A stretch of DNA of 64,000 bases, taken from IMG/VR virus record IMGVR_UViG_3300005937_000006, positions 8,967-72,966 of that record. One strand, given 5' to 3'. Both the position numbers and the translations under genes were made by a program. The notes under the pieces are model-generated. The model was not told where the DNA came from. It was given only the letters and a program-made list of their open reading frames with translations, and did not search any database. Below, one piece after another: positions 1 to 9,900 of this stretch (positions are counted from its first letter, which is position 1; every line of letters starts with the position of its first letter). This DNA is from a virus (taxonomy: Duplodnaviria; Caudoviricetes).

Positions 1-156
1 GAGAACAACGAGGCTGAGCCAGACATGCCGCAACTGATTGCGCCGCAGCCTGACGAGGATCGGGAACCCCCAAAAGCTACGCAGAATGGCGTCATCGAAG
101 GGCAGAGCGTAATGTCGTCCTCTGCAAGTTCATGGGTTGGTCCTACCGGGAATTGA
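1..156 (+). CDS. Tail assembly chaperone (gpG-like), 3' end only
   Basis: Frame 1 is open from the window start to TGA 154-156 (ENNEAEPDMPQLIAPQPDEDREPPK...). It lies upstream of the tape measure gene and contains the slippery heptamer CCCAAAA at 69-75. Confidence 0.7.
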   Translation, partial: ENNEAEPDMPQLIAPQPDEDREPPKATQNGVIEGQSVMSSSASSWVGPTGN

Positions 157-245
157 TGGAGACGCCTACGTCGGTGGTGAAGGCAATCCTTCGCTCGATG
201 GTTGAGGCGTCCAATGACGCGCAGCTACGCGCGATGATGCGATGA
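69..245 (+). CDS. -1 frameshift extension of tail assembly chaperone (gpGT-like)
   Basis: The -1 frame from C CCA AAA reads PKSYAEWRHRRAERNVVLCKFMGWSYRELMETPTSVVKAILRSMVEASNDAQLRAMMR, stop 243-245. The LCKFMGWSYRELMETP segment is typical of T-domain chaperone extensions. Confidence 0.75.
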   Translation, partial: PKSYAEWRHRRAERNVVLCKFMGWSYRELMETPTSVVKAILRSMVEASNDAQLRAMMR

Positions 246-460
246 CGGACATACGAGTGTGGTGCTCTACCTGTGGCGAGTCGTTCGGCCTGATGGGAAG
301 CGAGAAGCAGGCCGAGATCATCGACGCTCATTACCAGACGTGCACGGCATACCTGCACGGCGAAGGGCTGAAGAAAGAGCGACCCATCGCGTTCTCGACG
401 GCGACGGAAGAAGAGGTGAGCAATGGCAGTGCTTACCAGCCGAGGTCGCAAGCGTCTTAG
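242..460 (+). CDS. Small hypothetical protein with CxxC...H...C (possible Zn-binding)
   Basis: 72-aa ORF; its ATGA overlaps the chaperone extension stop; WCSTCG and HYQTC motifs. Confidence 0.55.
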   Translation: MTDIRVWCSTCGESFGLMGSEKQAEIIDAHYQTCTAYLHGEGLKKERPIAFSTATEEEVSNGSAYQPRSQAS

Positions 461-653
461 TTCGGGTAAGTTTGCGCTTCCTGGCAGGCGCTATCCGATA
501 CATGACAGAGCACATGCCAGAAATGCTCTCGCCAGAGTTGCGCAGCACGGTACGGCCAGCGAGAAAGCCAGGGTACGCGCGGCGGTCAAACGTCGTTTCC
601 CTAGCATCGGTAAGAGCAAGAAGAGCACATCGCGGCGGAAGAGGAAGCGCTAG
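423..653 (+). CDS. Small very basic protein (FALPGRRYPIHDRAHARNALAR family, DUF6582-like from memory)
   Basis: 76 aa with 25 R/K and 2 acidic residues; GAGG RBS upstream. Confidence 0.65.
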   Translation: MAVLTSRGRKRLSSGKFALPGRRYPIHDRAHARNALARVAQHGTASEKARVRAAVKRRFPSIGKSKKSTSRRKRKR

Positions 654-928
654 AACACGCGGCCCTCTCGTCGCCAGTGACAAATACGGCAGACCGAGAT
701 AAGGTTCGAGAGACGATTGGCGACTTTGTAGTCGCCATTGAACGAACGATACGGAATGAGATGATGCACGTCGAGACGGGGCTGATACTGGACCCGCCCA
801 CAGTCTCGGCACGTGTACTTGTCCCGCTTCCGTGCCGCGTCTGCCTGTCGCTGCCAGTTCGGCCCTCGATCAACGGGCTTGAAGCGAGCGTATTTCCGTC
901 GCCGCTTACGCCGGGTCTTCGTGACCAT
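650..928 (+). CDS. HNH endonuclease
   Basis: RDKYTCRDCG...LDVHHLIPY...N.LSNLISVCRICH is a classic HNH/Zn motif set. Confidence 0.9.
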
Positions 929-971
929 AAGCCATTTCTAGCACGGTTGGACCGTGCGTGCAAGAGCCACG

Positions 972-3900
972 ATGGCTAGCATCAGCACTGCCGAGCTTCG
1001 CATCCTGATCACCGCGCAGGACTACGCTTCGGCGCAGCTTGCTCGAACCGTGTCGGGGTTCAATAGCCTTGCACAAAAGGCAACCATGACCGGGTCGCAG
1101 ATGACGCGGGCATTCACGCTGCCTGCGGGCGTCATCGGCGGCAGCATCATCAAGGAAGCTGCCGACTTCGAGCAGACCCTGGACGTGCTGGTCAACACGA
1201 CACGCGAGGCTGGCAACAATGTGCAGGATGCCGCCAATGGCTTCGGTGATGCTGAAACGCGCATGGCAGCGTTCCGTAAAGAAGCCCTGGCACTCGGCGC
1301 CGACCTGAACATCCCGGCTACATCGGCATCGGATGCGGCACGGGCAATGGATGAGCTTGCCAAGGCGGGACTCAGTGCTACACAGGTGCTGGCTGCGGCA
1401 AGAGGTACGGTCCAGCTTGCCGCAGCAATGAACGTCGATGAAGCCAAAGCCGCGGACCTGATGTCAGCGGCGCTCAAAGCGTTCAGGCTTCCTGGCGAAG
1501 ATGCGGTGCGCGTCACGAACATGATCGCGCGTGCCACCGAAGTCTCGCGCGCGAAGTTCGATGACTTCGCCATTGGCATTCGCCAGGGTGCTGCGGCTTT
1601 CGCTGTGACGGGGCGTCCGCTCGAAGAGTTCCTGGGGATGATCGGCATCCTGGTGGACCGAGGCGTCTCCGGCGGTGTGGCAGCCACGAGTCTGCGTCGT
1701 GCCGTTTCGGCTGTCGCGGCGCCAACCGCGAAAGCGACGGCCACGATGGAGAAGTATGGCGTCTCGCTCTTCGATGCAGAAGGGAAGATGAAGTCGTGGC
1801 CTGACATCATCGATCACCTGAGTGAGAGCTTCAAGGATCTCAACCCGCAGGAAACGTTCGCGGCCATCAAGAACATCTTCGGGCAGGAGGGATTCAAGTC
1901 CATTGCGCCGCTGATCGAGTTTAGTCGGCAGCAAAAGGAAGCGATGGATGAACTCAATGCATCCTTTGAAGCCGGTGAGATCAGTCAGGAAGAGTACGCG
2001 GCTGCGCAAGCACGTCTTGCCGAACAGGGCAAGAAGACCACTGATGAGTTACGCGCGAACATCGAGAGTATCAAAAACTCCGATGCCGCTGCCAAGATCA
2101 CCGAGGCTCGCACGAAAGGGCTGAACGGCGCCATCGACGGACTTGTCTCGTCGTTCCAGACGATGGCAATCGTTATCGGTACGCCGTTCCTGCAACGGCT
2201 CAACAACTTAGCAAGAGGCTTTGCTGAGCTTATCACCAAATTCGGTGAGTTCATGTCCGCAAACCCACGGCTGCTGGAGTTTGTGGCGACCTTCGGCACA
2301 GTCATTGCGGCTGTTGGCCCGGCCCTATTGATCTTCGGGCGACTGCTCACGCTCATCGGCGCGCTTGCCACACCGTTTGGACTGGCAACTGCGGCTATCG
2401 CAACGTTCGCCGCCGCGTGGTCGATCAACCTAGGTAACGTCCAGGGGATCACGCACGACGCGCTTGGCGGCGTTGTCAAGATCATGGCTGGCCTTGGCGA
2501 GCGTTTGCGCGAGTGGGGCGCAGAGAACGAGCCGCTTGGCGAAATGATCGGGAAAGTCCTCTCAGGAATCGGCGGCATTGCACAGGGATTCCAATTCGCT
2601 ATTCAAGGCAATATGGAAGCAGCCAAGAAAGCATGGTCCGATGCACTTGGTGACTTTGGTAAAGCAGGCGAAATCGCACTACAACAAGTTGATCAGTTCG
2701 TCGGTGGCATCCTGGATAAGATCGGGGAGCTTACCGGGATTGATGTCAGCGGCGCAACCACCGCGATTGACAAGCTTGCCACGCTGCTGGGGATTGACAC
2801 GTCAGACTCGGTCGATGGGCTCACGCGGCTGTGGCAGATCCTCGATCGACTCGGGCAGCTTTCTCTCGGCGGGCTGACAACCATCTGGAACACGCTGAAG
2901 GAGCTAGGTTCGCTGACTTTTAGCGGGCTGGATAAGTTCCTGGACTTCAGCGCGAAGTTGTCGGGCATGACTTTCTCGGCTCCTGACCTTAGTCCGTTCG
3001 ACAAGTTCAAGGAGCTTGCGCTGGCCGATTTCGGGCCTCTGGTTGATCTGCTTGCACGACTACAGCGGTTCACGTTCTCGGCGCCAGATCTCTCCACGCT
3101 TGACAAGCTCAAGGAGCTTGGTGAGTTCAACTGGAACGAACTGAAGGACTTCTTCAACAACCTTATGGTGGCGCTCCCTAAACTGAATATCCCCGGGGAC
3201 TTCGCCAGGGCGCTAGAGAACATCCGCGTGGCGTTGGAGGGGATTGCCGACCTTCTCAGCAGCAAGCCGATCCAGTGGGAGAAAGCAACACCGCCACCCG
3301 ATGCCGGGCAGCGTGCGCGACAGTATGCGGCTGACCTGAAGTTCCTCTCTGCCACACTGGTGACGACAACGGGCGCATTTGCTGAGTCCATCAACATGGT
3401 CCGTGGTTTTGTGATCATGGCGGATTCGTTGATGCGGGTGCTGCCACTACTCGGACAAGCAGCCAAGGATGTCCTCACGGGCACCGAGCGAGTTGGCGCT
3501 GATAGCCCGCTGTTCCAGGCTCGCGAGATCATGCAAGAATCGAACCGGCAACTCGCTGAGCTTGGCTCGCAGAATGACGCAGCCAAGAAGCGCACGCAGG
3601 ATGCCTGGGACGAATACTTCAACTTCATCAAACAGGGTGGCATCGACACGGCCAATGAGGTCGCCGCTGCGCAGCAGAAGACCACCCAGGCTGTGGACGG
3701 CACGTCCGAAGCGGTCAAAGCAGCGACGGTAGACCTGGGCGAGTCGTTCGCGGATATTCCTGCGCAGACCGATGAGATGGCGACAGCCATTGAGCAGGGA
3801 TTGGCGCCGATCCCTGCGGCGGTCACCGATACGCTCGATCCTGTTGCGCAACAGGTCACCGAGGTATCGGCAGAAGCCGCGCAGGCAATGGTCGATCAGC

Positions 3901-6900
3901 TTGCGTCGTTGCCTGCGAATGTCAGCCAAGCGACGGGCGACATCATTACGACCATCGATCAAGTGCAGCCGCAAGCTCAAGAGTCAGGTACCGGCCTTGG
4001 GCAAGCGGTGATCGACGGTATTAGTGCAGCGTTGTCGTTGACAGCAACGCCAGCATTTGCCGAAGAACTACCTACACAGATTCAGGCCGTCGAAGCCCCT
4101 GCGCACGAGGCCGGGACGGCTGTTGGTACGGCAGTCGTCACCGGGCTGGAAGAAGGTGTCAAGCCAGCCGACACCGCGCTAGCACCGCTCTCCACATCCG
4201 TCGAGCAGTCGATGAACACGACGCTGGCAACGGTACAGTCGAGCGGTGCGCAGATCATCGCATCGTTCACAACGACGTTCCAGCAGATCGTGGCTGCGGT
4301 GACGGCTGCGATGGCCCAGGTGACTGCAACGATCACTACGTCAGCCCAGCAGCAGGTTGCTGCGATGCAGGCGGCGGGTGCGCAGATCCTGGCGTCGGCT
4401 CAGGCGACATGGCAGGCGATCCTGGCGTCTGCAACCAGTACGTGGGCGACGATCACGCAGACGGTCGTTACGAGCGCGAACCAGACCCAGGCTGCGGTGG
4501 TCGCGGCTGGGCAGCAGATGACCGTCGCCATCAACGCGGCCGGCAATTCGATGATCGCAGCCATGAGCAACGCGATGAGCGGCATGGTGAGCGCAGCAAC
4601 GAGCGGGATCGCCCAGGTAATCAGCGCGGTGTCAGGGCAGGCTGCGGCGGCAGCGTCGGCGGGCGCATCCATCGGTAACTCGATCGCGAGCGGCCTGTCA
4701 AGCGCGATCCAGGCTGGTGCTGCACGGGCTGCGAGCGCGGCGGCTGCTGCCGTCAACGCGGCGATCAGCGCGGCGCGCGCGGCAGCGGACGCCCACTCGC
4801 CGTCGCGCAAGATGACCCAGCTTGGTACTGACATGATCGACGGGCTCGCCAACGCGCTCTCGCAGGGGCAGTCGCGGGTGGCTGATGCCGTCAAGATCAT
4901 CATCAAAGAGGCCCTGGCCGCGAACATCGACCCGATGGTCGCGCTCGCGCTTGCCAAAGCTGAGTCCTCGTTGAACGCGCGCGCGCGCGGGGATTCCGGG
5001 CACTCGGTCGGCCTGTTTCAGCTACATGACGCGGGCCAGGGCGCCGGGATGTCGGTTGCTGCGCGCGAAGACCCTACAACGAACGCGCGAAAGTTCCTTC
5101 AGTCGCACTCGCAGTTGTTTGCACAACTGAAGGGACAGATCAAAGACACCACCGAGCTAGTGCGCCAGTTCGGTGTGGCAGCGGAGCAGCCAGCCGATCA
5201 GACCGGTGCGGCGTACGTGGCGGCGTACCAGCAGATTCAGCAGCAGATCCGTGATGCTGGCGGCTCGATTGCGGACTTGGTTGACAACCAGGATGCATTC
5301 AACACGGCGCTGGGCGAATCCGTCGATACCACTGCATCACTGACGCCACTGCTAGAACGACAACTCGCCCTCAAGGAGCAATCTGCTGCGCTCGACGTAA
5401 AGATGCTGGCAGGGCAACAGAACCTTGAGCGCATCAACAGAGCTATTCAGCAGGTTGAAGAAGGCAGCATTGAACAGCGGCTAGCAGCGATGCAGGGCAG
5501 TCGCCAGGACAATGCGTACCTTCAGCAGGAGTTGCAACTCAAACTACAACTGCTCAAGGCCCAGCGCGATGCAGGGGTAGATTCCAAGGGCAAGCCGAGA
5601 GAGACGCAGGAGATTGCCGACATCAAGGCCGCGCTTGATCTCCTGAAGGATCAGCGCGAAGAGATCTCGCTCAATGCGGCGCTAACCAAGGCTGAGAACG
5701 AAGCGCGTTCGATGGGGCTCAAGGAGCAAGCATTGCTCCAGGGCGAAGCGCTGCGTCCACTCCAGAATCAGCAATTCCTACTCCAGCAGCAACTGGCACA
5801 GATCGACGCGCTCAATGCGGCGTGGCAAGCGGCGCAAGCGACGATCCAGAACAACAACAGCGCTGAGACGGCTGCGCGCCGCGAAGTCATCGCGACGATG
5901 CGCGAGCAAGCGGGGGCGAATACCAACATCGTCTCTGCTGGTCAGGCTGCGCTCACCGAGATGCGCAACTCGGGCAGGATCACCCAGCAAGAGTTCGAGC
6001 GCTACATGGGCATCCTGCAACAGTTCGGGCAGGTTGCCGTTGCATCGACCAATCAGGCTGCAACAGGCATCACGACGATTGCGACCGCATCGACGAATGC
6101 GCAGACAGCGATCGTCAACACTGGCGCCGCGCTGACAACCACCGGGCAAGAGATGCAAGCTGTTGGGCAGGCCGGCGCGCAAGCAGGGCAGGTGTTGGCG
6201 ACGAATGCCACGCAAGGGCTGACACAGTTCGCCAATGAAGCGGCGGTTGCGGCGCAGAATGCCGTCAACTCGGTGATCAACGTCCTGCTGAACAGCGGTG
6301 GCGCAGCCTATGAGGCTGGGCGTACACTGGGCAATAACGTTGGCGCTGGCCTGACTGATGGCATCGTAGAATCGGGCAACGCTGCCATCGACGCAGCGAT
6401 TCAGGTTGCCAATGCGGTGATCGAAGCGATGCGCGGCCCGCAGGGCTTCGATGCGCACTCTCCTGCCCGTAAGTCGTACTTCATCGGTCAGGACGTGATG
6501 GCGGGCCTCATCAAGGGGCTCAACGATCCGACCATCGGTGAGGATGTCAAGAAGCGCATTCAGCAGTACATCGACATGGCCGAGCGGTATCGCAAGCTGA
6601 TCCCCGAGGCCATCGACAACGAGATGCGCATCATCGAGACGCGCATCGATCAGGCCAAGGCGCTTCTTGGCATCCTCGACCTTGAGATGCGCATGAAAGA
6701 GGCTCAGCGTGCCGCCGAGGATGCGCGACGTGGAAGCCTCACCGATCAGATCAGGCTCCTGGACATTGAGCGCGACAAAAACGAGTTGCGACTCAAGGAG
6801 CTTGACCATGCCAAGAAGCTGACCGCAGCCCAGCGCGACGTTGAAGCAACCGAGCGGGCAATCCAGGAGATTGTGGAAGGCACGCTCGCGGAGCGCATCG

Positions 6901-9900
6901 CAGCGCTACAAGTTGAGCAGCAGCAGAACATCCTGAAGCGTCAACAGCTTGTGCTCCAGCAGCAGATGGCTGTTCTGAGCGCAGCGGTGCATAAAACTGA
7001 GCGCGAGATCCAGGAGACGCAGGATGGCTCGATTGCCACACAGGAGCATCTGCTCGATCTCGACTATCAGCGCGGGCTGATCCGTCAGCAAGAGTTGATG
7101 CATGCCAATGAACTGTTGGACGCCCAGAATGCTGTGGCCGATACCGAGCGGATTATTCGTGATCTGGAACGCGGCACACTGGCCGAGCGACAGGCCGAGA
7201 TCACGCTCGACCATAAGAAGAATCTGCTCTCCAAGGAGCGCATTCAGATCGAGGCGCGCCTGCGGCAGATTCACGAGGCGGGCATCGCCAAGGACATCGC
7301 CGCGTTCTCGGGCCAGGGCTTGCAGGTTGTTGATCCGTCCGACGCCACGCAGCAAGAAGTCAACGCGCTCCACAACCGACTGGCGGTCATCGAGGATCAG
7401 AACGAACTCCTGACCGACGAGGGCGAGATTCGTCGGCTCAATGGGCAGATCGCATCCTATGAGTATCGGCTCCAGCTTGAGGCGCAGCGTGATTCGGTTG
7501 ATGTACTCGAACATCAAAACGAACTGCTCGAACGCCAGAGTCAGCGACTCCAAAATGAGAGCGAACTAGTCAAGCTCAACGGCGAGCTAGCTTCGCACTA
7601 CTTGCAGGTGCGGCTGCTCCATGAGCAGGCTGCGCTCAAGACGTTGCAGGATCAGATCGACGCCATCGAAGCGCAGAACGATGCGCTCGATCTTGCTGCG
7701 CAGCTTCGTGCTGTTGATGCCGCTATCGCATCGAATGCGCTGAAGATCCAGCTTGAGCAGCAGAAGGAAGCGCTGAAGGTACTCGAACAGCAGCAGCAAG
7801 TTTACGACGACCAGAACCAGGCACTCGATGAGGAAGCCGAGCGCATCCGCATCAACAACGAGCTTCGCGCCCATCAGTACGCAGTGGAAGCGGTCGTCCT
7901 GGAAGATGAGCATCGCCAGCAGCAGCGCATCATTGACGATCTGGATCGTCAATACGAAGCGCTCAACCGCCAGAAGCAGGTGTACGATGCAATTCTCCGT
8001 GCGGTTGACTACTTGCATGACCATCTACTGGACATCGGCATTCTGGAAGACCCCTTCGCACAGCCGACGCACGAGCCTACGCCGCATGAAACGCCCGGTG
8101 GCAGCGGAGGTGGGCGATCAGGCGGCTCAGCGGGTGGTGCCGCTCGTGCGGGCGGTGCGGTGGCTGCGGCGGGTGAAGCCATTGGCAAGTCGATGAAGGA
8201 TGCCGGGGCAGAAACCGAGAAGTTCGTCGGGAATGCCCAGGCTGCATTGGCTCGCCTCAAGCCGGTCGTAACCGATGCTGCAACCACGGCAACAACCGCA
8301 CTGGCTGGCACAGCAACAGCCGGGCATCAGATCGCCATTGAACTGGGCGACATCGGGAGCCGCGATTTCAAGGTGAATGTGGATGGCACGACCATTCGCG
8401 AAGCCCAGACGACCGCTGGCTACTTGATGGACACGACTGGCGAGCTTGCCTCACAGACGTACGACATCAAAGTCAACGACCAGACCGTGCGCGTCTCCGG
8501 CGAGCAAGCCATCGCACTGCGCGAGTCCATCGAAGGGGTGGCTGATCCCGTTTCACTGAACGTCAACGGTCAGCAAGTCACGCTGACTGGGGCCGAGGTT
8601 GCCATACTCCGCGATCAACTAGCGTACGTCAACAGCGAACGGGTGACCCTATCGGTCGAGGATCAGGCCGTCAAGGATGCCGAGATGGGTGTCTCGCTGG
8701 TGACTGATGCGATCACCACGCTAGATGGCACTACGGCTGCGCCAGCGGTTGTGCCCGAGGTAGACACCGCGCCTATCGAAGAGATGGTCACGGAGGCAGA
8801 AACCGAGCGCGTGATGGCGGTCGCCTCCGAGGTTGACACCGCTGCCGTCGATGATGTGGTGGCTGTCGTGGAGGCCGACCATACGCTGGCTGCTGCCACC
8901 GAAGTAGATACTGCTGCGGTCGATACGACCATAGCAACGATCACCGACGATCACACGCTGCCATCTACGACGACGGTTGATACCGCAGCGGTTGACTCTA
9001 CGCTGGCGACGGTGGAAGCAAATCACGATCTACCGGCCACGACGGTGGTGGATCGAGCCACGCTCGACACTGCGGTGACGGTGGCAACGACGAACCATCC
9101 GATGCCGATGAACACCGTCGTGACTCAGGATACGATGAACACGACGATCTCCACGGCGGCGACCGTGCATCCGGTCAACATGAATACCGTGGTGACTCAG
9201 GAGACGCTGGATGCGGCCATTGCGCTGGGTGAAGAACCCCACCCGCTGAACATGAACACCGTCGTCGTGCTGACCGAAATGGAAGCTGCGATCACCGAAG
9301 CTGACGCCCAGCATCCGCTCAACATGGAAACCATCGTCGTACTGGATGAGATGGAGGCAGCCATTGCCGAGGCTGTTGCTCAGCATCCGCTCAACATGGA
9401 AACCATCGTCGTACTGGATGAGATGGAAGCTGCCATTTCTGAGGCTGATGCACAACATCCGCTGAACATGGAGACGGTCGTCGTCCTCGAAGAGATGCAG
9501 GCCGCCATCGACGAAGCGGCAGCAGACCATGATCTCAACATCACAACGGTAGTCGAGCGAGCCGACCTCGACACCGCCATCGAAGACGTGGAAGCCGGCT
9601 ATGATCTGGCAATTACCACACAGGTTGAACGCGGCGATCTTGACTCTGCCATCTCGGATGCCGAGAAAAGCTACGACCTTGCCGTCAAAGTCAAGGTTGA
9701 GGATGACGATCTCCAAGATGTGCTGGACGATCTTGATGAAGACCAGGAACTGAGCGTTGCCATCAAGATGGAGCGCGACGAGCTAGACGATGTCCTGGAA
9801 GAGATCAAGAAGAAGCACACCATGAAGGTCGAGGTTGAGAAGACCGGTGGCGGCGGGGAAGGCGAGGGTCATGCCACCGGCGGTGTGGTGCAGAGCGGTC

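Noticed and set aside
1022-9716. Many long antisense ORFs opposite the TMP (e.g. 2693-3859, 5778-6809, 9030-9716)
   Set aside because: These are shadow ORFs expected from high GC and biased codon use of the real gene; they have no RBS or motifs.
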